Positions 26,874 to 41,178 of a stretch of 64,000 bases of DNA are shown here, one piece after another. The notes beneath the pieces were generated by a model. It was given only the letters and a program-made list of their open reading frames with translations. It was not told where the DNA came from and made no database searches. The position numbers were made by a program, and so were the translations under genes. Source of the DNA: the human T2T-CHM13v2.0 reference genome, Homo sapiens. Positions within the stretch are counted from its first letter, which is position 1. Each line of letters opens with the position of its first letter. The stretch lies in NCBI RefSeq assembly GCF_009914755.1, contig NC_060948.1. The stretch is one strand, 5' to 3'.

Positions 26874-29800
26874 GGCCAGGAATAAAGTGGAATGCTACGG
26901 TCTCGAATGGAATAAAAATGTATGGAATGGAATGCAATGAAACGGAATCGAATGTCATAGAATGTAATGGAATGCAAAAAAATGGACTCCAAAATCATTG
27001 ACTGGAAAGGCTGGGTGTCGAAAGGAATTGACTCCAATGGAATGGAATCGAATGGAATGGAAGTGAATAGAATCAAACTAAATCGAATGGAATGGAATTG
27101 ATAGGAACGGAATGGAAAGGAATGCAATGATTTGGCATGGAATGGAACAGAATGGCATCGAATGGAATGGAATGGAATGCAATGGAATGGAATGTATTAG
27201 AATGTAATGAACTTTAATGGAATGTACTCGAATGGATTCGACTGGAATGGAATGTTCTGGAAGTGAATGGACTCCAATGGAATGGATTCAAAAGGAATGG
27301 AATTGTACGGAATGGAATCTAATGGAATGGAATTAAATGGAAATGAATCAAATTGAATAGCACGGAATTGAATTGAATGGAATGGAATGCAATGGAATCT
27401 AATGAAACGGAAAGGAAAGGAATGGAATGGAATGGAATGGGCTGGAATGGAAAGGAATCGAAACGAATGGAATGGAATCGAACTGAAGAGACTGGAATGG
27501 AATGCACTGGAATGGAAGGGAGTGTAATGGAAGGTTCTCGAAAAAAAAGGAATCGAATGGAATGGAATTGAATGGAACGGAATAGAGTCGAATGGAATTG
27601 AATGGAATGGAATGGACTAGAGTGAAATGGAATCGAACCACAAGGAATGGGCAGGAATAGAATGGTCTCGAATTGAATGGAATCGTATGGAATGGCATCA
27701 AACGGAATGGAATGGACAGCCCCGGAATGGAATGCACTCGAATGCAATGGAGTCGAAACTAATGGACTGGAATAGAATGGACTCGACTGGTACGGACTCC
27801 AATGGAATGGAATCGAATGGAAGGGAATCGAACGGAATGGACTCGAAGGGAAAAGACTGCAATGGAAAGGTCTCGAATGGAATGGAAATTAATGGAATGG
27901 AATGGAATCGAATGAAATGGAGTCAAAAGGAATGGAATCGAAGGGCAAGAAATCGAATGTAATGGAATCGCAAGGAATTGATGTGAACGGAACGGAATGG
28001 AATGGAATCCAAAGGAATGGAATAGAATGGAATGGAATCGAATGGAAAGGACTCGAATGGAAATCACTCGAATAGAATGCAATTTAATAAAATAGGATCA
28101 AATGTAATGGAATGGAATGGAAAGGAATCGAAACGAAAGGAATGGAGACAGATGGAATGGAATGGAACAGAGAGCAATGGTATAGAATGGAATGGAATCA
28201 TCTGGAATGGAATTGAATGGAATGGAATAATATGAAATGGAATGGAATGGAATGGAATGGAATGCCCTCGAATTAAATGGACTGGAATGGAATGGACTCG
28301 AACAGAGTGGAATGGAAAGTGTTGAGATAGAATGGAATGGACTCCTTTGGAATGGTGTAGTATGCAATGCAATCGACTGGCAGGGAATCAAAAGGAATGT
28401 AATGGAATGGATTGGACTGGAATGCAATGGACTCGAATAGATTGGAAACGGAATGCAAAGGAATGGAATGGAATAGTATGGAATGGAATGGAAAGGAATG
28501 GAGTGGAATAGACTAGAGTGGAATGGAATGGACTGGAAAACAATGGACTGGAATGGAACTTTCTTGAATGGACTGGAATCAAACGGAATGGAATGCAATG
28601 CAATCAAATGGCATGGAATAAAATAGAATGAAAGAGAATCAAATGGAATTGAATCGAATGGAATCGAATGGATTGGAAAGGAATAGAATGGAATGGAATG
28701 GAATTGACTCAAATGGAATGGACTAGAATGGAATGGATTCGAATGGAAGGCAAAGGAATGGAATCTATTGGAATGGACTGTAATGGAATGGAATGGAAGG
28801 GATTGGAATGGACTCGAATGGAATGGACTGCAATAGAAAGGATTCGAATGGAATGAAAAAGAATTGAATGGAATAGAACAGAATGGAATCAAATCGAATG
28901 AAATGGAATGGAATAGAAAGGAATGGAATGAAATGGAATGGAAAGGATTCGAATGGAATGCAATCGAATGGAATGGAATCGAACGGAATGGAATAAAATG
29001 GAAGAAAACTGGCAAGAAATGGAATCGAAATGAATGGAGTGTTATGGAACGGACTCAAAAGGAATTGAATGTAATAGAATGGAGTGGAGTGGACTCGAAT
29101 ATAATGGACTGGAATGGAATAAAATCACATGGAATGGGAACGAATGGAATGGAATGGAAAGGAATGGAATCGAATGGAAAGGAATCGAATGGAAGGGAAT
29201 GAAATTGAATCAACAGGAATGGAAGGGAATAGAATAGACGGTAATGGAATGGACTCGAATAGAATGGACACGAATGCTCAAATTGAATGGACTCGAATGG
29301 AATGGAAACGAAAGGAATGTCATCGAATGGAATTGAATCGATTGGAATGAAATCGCATAGAATGGAGTGGAATCAAATGGAATTGAATCGAAAGGAAAGG
29401 AAGCGAATGGACTGAAATGAAATGGAATGGAATTGAATGGAAAGTAATGCAATGGAATAGAATGGAACGAAATTTCACGGAATGGAATCAAACTGAATGG
29501 AATCAAATCAATGGAATCAAATCAAATGGAATGGAAAGGAATTGAATGGAGTAGATTGGATTGGATGGGATTGGAATGAAATGTACTGGAAAGGACTCGA
29601 ATTTCATGAAACGGAATGGAATGAATTGGAACGGAATGGACTCGAAAGGAATGGAATGTCATGGAATGGCATCAAATGGAATGGCATCAAATGGAATGGA
29701 ATCGAATGCAATGGAATGCTATGGAATGGAATGGAATGCATTGGAATGGAATGTCCTCTAATGGAATGGATTCGAGTGGAATGGAATCGAATATAATGGA

Positions 29801-30442
29801 GTCGAATGAAAAGGAATTGAAAGGAGTGGGATCGAATACAATGGAATATACTGGAATGTAATGTAATGAACTCGAATGTAATTGACTGGAATGGAATGTA
29901 CATGAATGGAATGTAATCGAATGGAAAGTAATCCAATGGAATAGAATCTAATGCAATAAAACCGACTCAGATAGAGTAGAATGTAATGGAATGGAGTGCA
30001 GTGCAATGGAATGGAATGGAATGGAATGCAATGGAATGGAATGGAATGGAATGGAATGGAATGGAATGGAATGGAATGGGATGGAATGGGATGGAATGGA
30101 TAGTAATGGACTGGAGTGAAATGGACTGGAAAGGAATGGACTCAAATTGAAAGGGCTCGAAAGGAATGGAGTCAAATGGAATGGTCTGGAATGGAATGAA
30201 CATGAATGTAATGCAATCCAATAGAATGGAATCGAATGGCATGGAATATAAAGAAATGGAATCGAAGAGAATGGAAACAAATGGAATGGAATTGAATGGA
30301 ATGGAATTGAATGGAATGGGAACGAATGGAGTGAAATTGTATGCAGTAGAAGAGAATAGAATGGAATGCAAGCGAAAGGAAAGGAATGGATTGGAATGGA
30401 ATGGAATTCATTGGAATGGAAGGGAATGTAGTGTAATGGACA
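26874..30442 (+). repeat. DYZ1 unit, 3569 bp
   Basis: GGCC at 26874 (AGGCCA, StuI site lost) and 30443. Confidence 0.9.
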
Positions 30443-33400
30443 GGCCTGGAATAAAGTGGAATGCTACGGTCTCGAATGGAATAAAAATGTATGGAATGGA
30501 ATGCAATGAAACGGAATCGAATGTCATAGAATGTAATGGAATGCAAAAAAATGGAATCCAAAATCATTGACTGGAAAGGCTGGGTGTCGAAAGGAATTGA
30601 CTCCAATGGAATGGAATCGAATGGAATGGAAGTGAATAGAATCGAACTAAATCGAATGCAATGGAATTGATAGGAACGGAATGGAAAGGAATGCAATGAT
30701 TTGGCATGGAATGGAATCGAATGGTATCGAATGGAATGGAATGGAATGCAATGGAATGGAATGTATTAGAATGTAATGAACTTTAATGGAATGTACTCGA
30801 ATGGATTCGACTGGAATGGAATGTTCTGGAAGTGAATGGACTCCAATGGAATGGATTCAAAAGGAATGGAATCGAACGGAATGGAATCTAATGGAATGGA
30901 ATTAAATGGAAATGAATCAAATGGAATAGCACGGAATTGAATTGAATGGAATGGAATGCAATGGAATCTAATGAAACGGAAAGGAAAGGAATGGAATGGA
31001 ATGGAAAGGGCTGGAATGGAAAGGAATCGAAACGAATGGAATGGAATCGAACTGAAGAGACTGGAATGGAATGCACTGGAATGGAAGGGAGTGTAATGGA
31101 AGGTTCTCGAAAAAAATGGAATCGAATGGAATGGAATTGAATGGAACGGAATAGAGTCGAATGGAATTGAATGGAATGGAATGGACTAGAGTGAAATGGA
31201 ATCGAACCACAAGGAATGGACAGGAATAGAATGGTCTCGAATTGAATGGAATCGTATGGAATGGCATCAAACGGAATGGAATGGACAGCCACGGAATGGA
31301 ATGCACTCGAATGCAATGGAGTCGAAACTAATGGACTGGAATAGAATGGACTCGACTGGTACGGACTCCAATGGAATGGAATCGAATGGAAGGGAATCGA
31401 ACGGAATGGACTCGAAGGGAAAAGACTGCAATGGAAAGGTCTCGAATGGAATGGAAATTAATGGAATGGAATGGAATCGAATGAAATGGAGTCAAAAGGA
31501 ATGGAATCGAATGGCAAGAAATCGAATGTAATGGAATCGCAAGGAATTGATGTGAACGGAACGGAATGGAATGGAATCCAAAGGAATGGAATAGAATGGA
31601 ATGGAATCGAATGGAAAGGACTCGAATGGAAATCACTCGAATAGAATGCAATTTAATAAAATAGGATCAAATGTAATGGAATGGAATGGAAAGGAATCGA
31701 AACGAAAGGAATGGAGACAGATGGAATGGAATGGAACAGAGAGCAATGGTATAGAATGGAATGGAATCATCTGGAATGGAATTGAATGGAATGGAATAAT
31801 ATGAAATGGAATGGAATGGAATGGAATGGAATGCCCTCGAATTAAATGGACTGGAATGGAATGGACTCGAACAGAGTGGAATGGAAAGTGTTGAGATAGA
31901 ATGGAATGGACTCCTTTGGAATGGTGTAGTATGCAATGCAATCGACTGGCAGGGAATCAAAAGGAATGTAATCGAATGGATTGGACTGGAATGCAATGGA
32001 CTCGAATAGATTGGAAACGGAATGCAAAGGAATGGAATGGAATAGTATGGAATGGAATGGAAAGGAATGGAGTGGAATAGACTAGAGTGGAATGGAATGG
32101 ACTGGAAAGCAATGGACTGGAATGGAACTTTCTTGAATGGACTGGAATCAAACGGAATGGAATGCAATGCAATCAAATGGCATGGAATAAAATAGAATGA
32201 AAGAGAATCAAATGGAATTGAATCGAATGGAATCGAATGGATTGGAAAGGAATAGAATGGAATGGAATGGAATTGACTCAAATGGAATGGACTAGAATGG
32301 AATGGATTCGAATGGAAGGCAAAGGAATGGAATCTATTGGAATGGACTGTAATGGAATGGAATGGAAGGGATTGGAATGGACTCGAATGGAATGGACTGC
32401 AATAGAAAGGATTCGAATGGAATGAAAAAGAATTGAATGGAATAGAACAGAATGGAATCAAATCGAATGAAATGGAATGGAATAGAAAGGAATGGAATGA
32501 AATGGAATGGAAAGGATTCGAATGGAATGCAATCGAATGGAATGGAATCGAACGGAATGGAATAAAATGGAAGAAAACTGGCAAGAAATGGAATCGAAAT
32601 GAATGGAGTGTTATGGAACGGACTCAAAAGGAATTGAATGTAATAGAATGGAGTGGAGTGGACTCGAATATAATGGACTGGAATGGAATGAAATCACATG
32701 GAATGGGAACGAATGGAATGGAATGGAAAGGAATGGAATCGAATGGAAAGGAATCGAATGGAAGGGAATGAAATTGAATCAACAGGAATGGAAGGGAATA
32801 GAATAGACGGTAATGGAATGGACTCGAACAGAATGGACACGAATGCTCAAATTGAATGGACTCGAATGGAATGGAAACGAAAGGAATGTCATCGAATGGA
32901 ATTGAATCGATTGGAATGAAATCGCATAGAATGGAGTGGAATCAAATGGAATTGAATCGAAATGAAAGGAAGCGAATGGACTGAAATGAAATGGAATGGA
33001 ATTGAATGGAAAGTAATGCAATGGAATAGAATGGAACGAAATTTCACGGAATGGAATCAAACTGAATGGAATCAAATCAATGGAATCAAATCAAATGGAA
33101 TGGAAAGGAATTGAATGGAGTAGATTGGATTGGATGGGATTGGAATGAAATGTACTGGAAAGGACTCGAATTTCATGACACGGAATGGAATGAATTGGAA
33201 CGGAATGGACTCGAATGGAATGGAATGTCATGGAATGGCATCAAATGGAATGGCATCAAATGGAATGGAATCGAATGCAATGGAATGCTATGGAATGGAA
33301 TGGAATGCATTGGAATGGAATGTCCTCTAATGGAATGGATTCGAGTGGAATGGAATCGAATATAATGGAGTCGAATGAAAAGGAATTGAAAGGAGTGGGA

Positions 33401-34016
33401 TCGAATACAATGGAATATACTGGAATGTAATGTAATGAACTCGAATGTAATTGACTGGAATGGAATGTACATGAATGGAATGTAATCGAATGGAAAGTAA
33501 TCCAATGGAATAGAATCTAATGCAATAAAACCGACTCAGATAGAGTAGAATGTAATGGAATGGAGTGCAGTGCAATGGAATGGAATGGAATGGAATGCAA
33601 TGGAATGGAATGGAATGGAATGGAATGGAATGGAATGGAATGGAATGGAATGGGATGGAATGGGATGGAATGGATAGTAATGGACTGGAGTGAAATGGAC
33701 TGGAAAGGAATGGACTCAAATTGAAAGGGCTCGAAAGGAATGGAGTCAAATGGAATGGTCTGGAATGGAATGAACACGAATGTAATGCAATCCAATAGAA
33801 TGGAATCGAATGGCATGGAATATAAAGAAATGGAATCGAAGAGAATGGAAACAAATGGAATGGAATTGAATGGAATGGAATTGAATGGAATGGGAACGAA
33901 TGGAGTGAAATTGTATGCAGTAGAAGGGAATAGAATGGAATGCAAGCGAAAGGAAAGGAATGGATTGGAATGGAATGGAATTCATTGGAATGGAAGGGAA
34001 TGTAGTGTAATGGACA
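30443..34016 (+). repeat. DYZ1 unit, 3574 bp
   Basis: GGCC at 30443 and 34017. Confidence 0.9.
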
Positions 34017-37000
34017 GGCCTGGAATAAAGTGGAATGCTACGGTCTCGAATGGAATAAAAATGTATGGAATGGAATGCAATGAAACGGAATCGAATGTCA
34101 TAGAATGTAATGGAATGCAAAAAAATGGACTCCAAAATCATTGACTGGAAAGGCTGGGTGTCGAAAGGAATTGACTCCAATGGAATGGAATCGAATGGAA
34201 TGGAAGTGAATAGAATCGAACTAAATCGAATGGAATGGAATTGATAGGAACGGAATGGAAAGGAATGCAATGATTTGGCATGGAATGGAATCGAATGGCA
34301 TCGAATGGAATGGAATGGAATGCAATGGAATGGAATGTATTAGAATGTAATGAACTTTAATGGAATGTACTCGAATGGATTCGACTGGAATGGAATGTTC
34401 TGGAAGTGAATGGACTCCAATGGAATGGATTCAAAAGGAATGGAATCGTACGGAATGGAATCTAATGGAATGGAATTAAATGGAAATGAATCAAATTGAA
34501 TAGCACGGAATTGAATTGAATGGAATGGAATGCAATGGAATCTAATGAAACGGAAAGGAAAGGAATGGAATGGAATGGAAAGGGCTGGAATGGAAAGGAA
34601 TCGAAACGAATGGAATGGAATCGAACTGAAGAGACTGGAATGGAATGCACTGGAATGGAAGGGAGTGTAATGGAAGGTTCTCGATAAAAATGGAATCGAA
34701 TGGAATGGAATTGAATGGAACGGAATAGAGTCGAATGGAATTGAATGGAATGGAATGGACTAGAGTGAAATGGAATCGAACCACAAGGAATGGACAGGAA
34801 TAGAATGGTCTCGAATTGAATGGAATCGTATGGAATGGCATCAAACGGAATGGAATGGACAGCCACGGAATGGAATGCACTCGAATGCAATGGAGTCGAA
34901 ACTAATGGACTGGAATAGAATGGACTCGACTGGTACGGACTCCAATGGAATGGAATCGAATGGAAGGGAATCGAACGGAATGGACTCGAAGGGAAAAGAC
35001 TGCAATGGAAAGGTCTCGAATGGAATGGAAATTAATGGAATGGAATGGAATCGAATGAAATGGAGTCAAAAGGAATGGAATCGAATGGCAAGAAATCGAA
35101 TGTAATGGAATCGCAAGGAATTGATGTGAACGGAACGGAATGGAATGGAATCCAAAGGAATGGAATAGAATGGAATGGAATCGAATGGAAAGGACTCGAA
35201 TGGAAATCACTCGAATAGAATGCAATTTAATAAAATAGGATCAAATGTAATGGAATGGAATGGAAAGGAATCGAAACGAAAGGAATGGAGACAGATGGAA
35301 TGGAATGGAACAGAGAGCAATGGTATAGAATGGAATGGAATCATCTGGAATGGAATTGAATGGAATGGAATAATATGAAATGGAATGGAATGGAATGGAA
35401 TGGAATGGAATGGAATGGAATGCCCTTGAATTAAATGGACTGGAATGGAATGGACTCGAACAGAGTGGAATGGAAAGTGTTGAGATAGAATGCAATGGAC
35501 TCCTTCGGAATGGTCTAGTATGCAATGCAATCGACTGGCAGGGAATCAAAAGGAATGTAATCGAATGGATTGGACTGGAATGCAGTGGACTCGAATAGAT
35601 TGGAAACGGAATGCAAAGGAATGGAATGGAATAGTATGGAATGGAATGGAAAGGAATGGAGTGGAATAGACTAGAGTGGAATGGAATGGACTGGAAAGCA
35701 ATGGACTGGAATGGAACTTTCTTGAATGGACTGGAATCAAACGGAATGGAATGCAATGCAATCAAATGGCATGGAATAAAATAGAATGAAAGAGAATCAA
35801 ATGGAATTCAATCGAATGGAATCGAATGGATTGGAAAGGAATAGAATGGAATGGAATGGAATTGACTCAAATGGAATGGACTAGAATGGAATGGATTCGA
35901 ATGGAAGGCAAAGGAATGGAATCTATTGGAATGGACTGTAATGGAATGGAATGGAAGGGATTGGAATGGACTCGAATGGAATGGACTGCAATAGAAAGGA
36001 TTCGAATGGAATGAAAAAGAATTGAATGGAATAGAACAGAATGGAATCAAATCGAATGAAATGGAATGGAATAGAAAGGAATGGAATGAAATGGAATGGA
36101 AAGGATTCGAATGGAATGCAATCGAATGGAATGGAATCGAACGGAATGGAATAAAATGGAAGAAAACTGGCAAGAAATGGAATCGAAATGAATGGAGTGT
36201 TATGGAACGGACTCAAAAGGAATTGAATGTAATAGAATGGAGTGGAGTGGACTCGAATATAATGGACTGGAATGGAATGAAATCACATGGAATGGGAACG
36301 AATGGAATGGAATGGAAAGGAATGGAATCGAATGGAAAGGAATCGAATGGAAGGGAATGAAATTGAATCAACAGGAATGGAAGGGAATAGAATAGACGGT
36401 AATGGAATGGACTCGAATAGAATGGACACGAATGCTCAAATTGAATGGACTCCAATGGAATGGAAACGAAAGGAATGTCATCGAATAGAATTGAATCGAC
36501 TGGAATGAAATCGCAAGAATGGAGTGGAATCAAATGGAATTGAATCGAAAGGAAAGGAAGCGAATGGACTGAAATGAAATGGAATGGAATTGAATGGAAA
36601 GTAATGCAATGGAATAGAATGGAACGAAATTTCACGGAATGGAATCAAACTGAAAGGAATCAAATCAATGGAATCTAATCAAATGGAATGGAAAGGAATT
36701 GAATGGAGTAGATTGGATTGGATGGGATTGGAGTGAAATGTACTGGAAAGGACTCGAATTTCATGAAACGGAATGGAATGAATTGGAACGGAATGGACTC
36801 GAATGGAATGGAATGTCATGGAATGGCATCAAATGGAATGGCATCAAATGGAATGGAATCGAATGCAATGGAATGCTATGGAATGGAATGGAATGCATTG
36901 GAATGGAATGTCCTCTAATGGAATGGATTCGAGTGGAATGGAATCGAATATAATGGAGTCGAATGAAATGGAATTGAAAGGAATGGGATCGAATACAATG

Positions 37001-37589
37001 GAATATGCTGGAATGTAATGTAATGAACACGAATGTAATTGACTGGAATGGAATGTACATGAATGGAATGTAATCGAATGGAAAGTAATCCAATGGAATA
37101 GAATCTAATGCAATAAAATCGACTCAGATAGAGTAGAATGTAATGGAATGGAGTGCAGTACAATGGAATGGAATGGAATGCAATGGAATGAAATGGAATG
37201 GAATGGAATGGAATGGGATGGAATGGGATGGAATGGTATGGAGTGGATAGTAATGGACTGGAGTGAAATGGACTGGAAAGGAATGGACTCAAATTGAAAG
37301 GGCTCGAAAGGAATGGAGTCAAATGGAATGGTCTGGAATGGAATGAACACGAATGTAATGCAATCCAATAGAATGGAATCGAATGGCATGGAATATAAAG
37401 AAATGGAATCAAAGAGAATGGAAACAAATGGAATGGAATTGAATGGAATGGAATTGAATGGAATGGGAACGAATGGAGTGAAATTGTATGCAGTAGAAGG
37501 GAATAGAATGGAATGCAAGCGAAAGGAAAGGAATGGATTGGAATGGAATGGAATTCATTGGAATGGAAGGGAATGTAGTGTAATGGACA
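34017..37589 (+). repeat. DYZ1 unit, 3573 bp (carries variant set B with the TCGCAAG 1-bp deletion)
   Basis: GGCC at 34017; the next homologous site is mutated to GACC at 37590. Confidence 0.9.
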
Positions 37590-40500
37590 GACCTGGAATA
37601 AAGTGGAATGCTACGGTCTCGAATGGAATAAAAATGTATGGAATGGAATGCAATGAAACGGAATCGAATGTCATAGAATGTAATGGAATGCAAAAAATTG
37701 GAATCCAAAATCATTGACTGGAAAGGCTGGGTGTCGAAAGGAATTGACTCCAATGATATGGAATCGAATGGAATGGAAGTGAATAGAATCGAACTAAATC
37801 GAATGGAATGGAATTGATAGGAACGGAATGGAAAGGAATGCAATGAATTGGCATGGAATGGAATCGAATGGCATCGAATGGAATGGAATGGAATGCAATG
37901 GAATGGAATGTATTAGAATGTAATGAACTTTAATGGAATGTACTCGAATGGATTCGACTGGAATGGAATGTTCTGGAAGTGAATGGACTCCAATGGAATG
38001 GATTCAAAAGGAATGGAATCGTACGGAATGGAATCTAATGGAATGGAATTAAATGGAAATGAATCAAATTGAATAGAACGGAATTGAATTGAATGGAATG
38101 GAATGCAATGGAATCTAATGAAACGGAAAGGAAAGGAATGGAATGGAATGGAATGGGCTGGAATGGAAAGGAATCGAAACGAATGGAATGGAATCGAACT
38201 GAAGAGACTGGAATGGAATGCACTGGAATGGAAGGGAGTGTAATGGAAGGTTCTCGAAAAAAATGGAATCGAATGGAATGGAATTGAATGGAACGGAATA
38301 GAGTCGAATGGAATTGAATGGAATGGAATGGACTAGAGTGAAATGGAATCGAACCACAAGGAATGGACAGGAATAGAATGGTCTCGAATTGAATGGAATC
38401 GTATGGAATGGCATCAAACGGAATGGAATGGACAGCCACGGAATGGAATGCACTCGAATGCAATGGAGTCGAAACTAATGGACTGGAATAGAATGGACTC
38501 GACTGGTACGGACTCCAATGGAATGGAATCGAATGGAAGGGAATCGAACGGAATGGACTCGAAGGGAAAAGACTGCAATGGAAAGGTCTCGAATGGAATG
38601 GAAATTAATGGAATGGAATGGAATCGAATGAAATGGAGTCAAAAGGAATGGAATCGAATGGCAAGAAATCGAATGTAATGGAATCGCAAGGAATTGATGT
38701 GAACGGAACGGAATGGAATGGAATCCAAAGGAATGGAATAGAATGGAATGGAATCGAATGGAAAGGACTCGAATGGAAATCACTCGAATAGAATGCAATT
38801 TAATAAAATAGGATCAAATGTAATGGAATGGAATGGAAAGGAATCGAAACGAAAGGAATGGAGACAGATGGAATGGAATGGAACAGAGAGCAATGGTATA
38901 GAATGGAATGGAATCATCTGGAATGGAATTGAATGGAATGGAATAATATGAAATGGAATGGAATGGAATGGAATGGAATGCCCTTGAATTAAATGGACTG
39001 GAATGGAATGGACTCGAACAGAGTGGAATGGAAAGTGTTGAGATAGAATGGAATGGACTCCTTTGGAATGGTGTAGTATGCAATGCAATCGACTGGCAGG
39101 GAATCAAAAGGAATGTAATGGAATGGATTGGACTGGAATGCAATGGACTCGAATAGATTGGAAACGGAATGCAAAGGAATGGAATGGAATAGTATGGAAT
39201 GGAATGGAAAGGAATGGAGTGGAATAGACTAGAGTGGAATGGAATGGACTGGAAAGCAATGGACTGGAATGGAACTTTCTTGAATGGACTGGAATCAAAC
39301 GGAATGGAATGCAATGCAATCAAATGGCATGGAATAAAATAGAATGAAAGAGAATCAAATGGAATTGAATCGAATGGAATCGAATGGATTGGAAAGGAAT
39401 AGAATGGAATGGAATGGAATTGACTCGAATGGAATGGACTAGAATGGAATGGATTCGAATGGAAGGCAAAGGAATGGAATCTATTGGAATGGACTGTAAT
39501 GGAATGGAATGGAAAGGATTGGAATGGACTCGAATGGAATGGACTGCAATAGAAAGGATTCGAATGGAATGAAAAAGAATTGAATGGAATAGAACAGAAT
39601 GGAATCAAATCGAATGAAATGGAATGGAATAGAAAGGAATGGAATGAAATGGAATGGAAAGGATTCGAATGGAATGCAATCGAATGGAATGGAATCGAAC
39701 GGAATGGAATAAAATGGAAGAAAACTGGCAAGAAATGGAATCGAAATGAATGGAGTGTTATGGAACGGACTCAAAAGGAATTGAATGTAATAGAATGGAG
39801 TGGAGTGGACTCGAATATAATGGAATGGAATGGAATGAAATCACAAGGAATGGGAACGAATGGAATGGAATGGAAAGGAATGGAATCGAATGGAAAGGAA
39901 TCGAATGGAAGGGAATGAAATTGAATCAACAGGAATGGAAGGGAATAGAATAGACGGTAATGGAATGGACTCGAATAGAATGGACACGAATGCTCAAATT
40001 GAATGGACTCGAATGGAATGGAAACGAAAGGAATGTCATCGAATGGAATTGAATGGATTGGAATGAAATCGCATAGAATGGAGTGGAATCAAATGGAATT
40101 GAATCGAAAGGAAAGGAAGCGAATGGACTGAAATGAAATGGAATGGAATTGAATGGAAAGTAATGCAATGGAATAGAATGGAACGAAATTTCACGGAATG
40201 GAATCAAACTGAATGGAATCAAATCAATGGAATCAAATCAAATGGAATGGAAAGGAATTGAATGGAGTAGATTGGATTGGATGGGATTGGAATGAAATGT
40301 ACTGGAAAGGACTCGAATTTCATGAAACGGAATGGAATGAATTGGAACGGAATGGACTCGAATGGAATGGAATGTCATGGAATGGCATCAAATGGAATGG
40401 CATCAAATGGAATGGAATCGAATGCAATGGAATGCTATGGAATGGAATGGAATGCATTGGAATGGAATGTCCTCTAATGGAATGGATTCGAGTGGAATGG

Positions 40501-41178
40501 AATCGAATATAATGGAGTCGAATGAAATGGAATTGAAAGGAGTGGGATCGAATACAATGGAATATACTGGAATGTAATGTAATGAACTCGAATGTAATTG
40601 ACTGGAATGGAATGTACATGAATGGAATGTAATCGAATGGAAAGTAATCCAATGGAATAGAATCTAATGCAATAAAACCGACTCAGATAGAGTAGAATGT
40701 AATGGAATGGAGTGCAGTGCAATGGAATGGAATGGAATGGAAGGCAATGGAATGGAATGGAATGGAATGGAATGGAATGGAATGGAATGGAATGGAATGG
40801 AATGGAATGGAATGGGATGGAATGGGATGGAATGGATAGTAATGGACTGGAGTGAAATGGACTGGAAAGGAATGGACTCAAATTGAAAGGGCTCGAAAGG
40901 AATGGAGTCAAATGGAATGGTCTGGAATGGAATGAACACGAATGTAATGCAATCCAATAGAATGGAATCGAATGGCATGGAATATAAAGAAATGGTATCG
41001 AAGAGAATGGAAACAAATGGAATGGAATTGAATGGAATGGAATTGAATGGAATGGGAACGAATGGAGTGAAATTGTATGCAGTAGAAGGGAATAGAATGG
41101 AATGCAAGCGAAAGGAAAGGAATGGATTGGAATGGAATGGAATTCATTGGAATGGAAGGGAATGTAGTGTAATGGACA
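37590..41178 (+). repeat. DYZ1 unit, 3589 bp (longest; variant set A)
   Basis: GACC at 37590, GGCC at 41179. Confidence 0.9.
40749..40813 (+). repeat. Longest pure (GGAAT)13 tract, at the hypervariable site of the unit
   Basis: 13 perfect pentamers between AGGCAAT and GGGAT. Confidence 0.9.

Noticed and set aside
2779-35809. Extra EcoRI sites (2779, 3630, 12635, 35804)
   Set aside because: Single private substitutions; useful as markers but with no functional implication.
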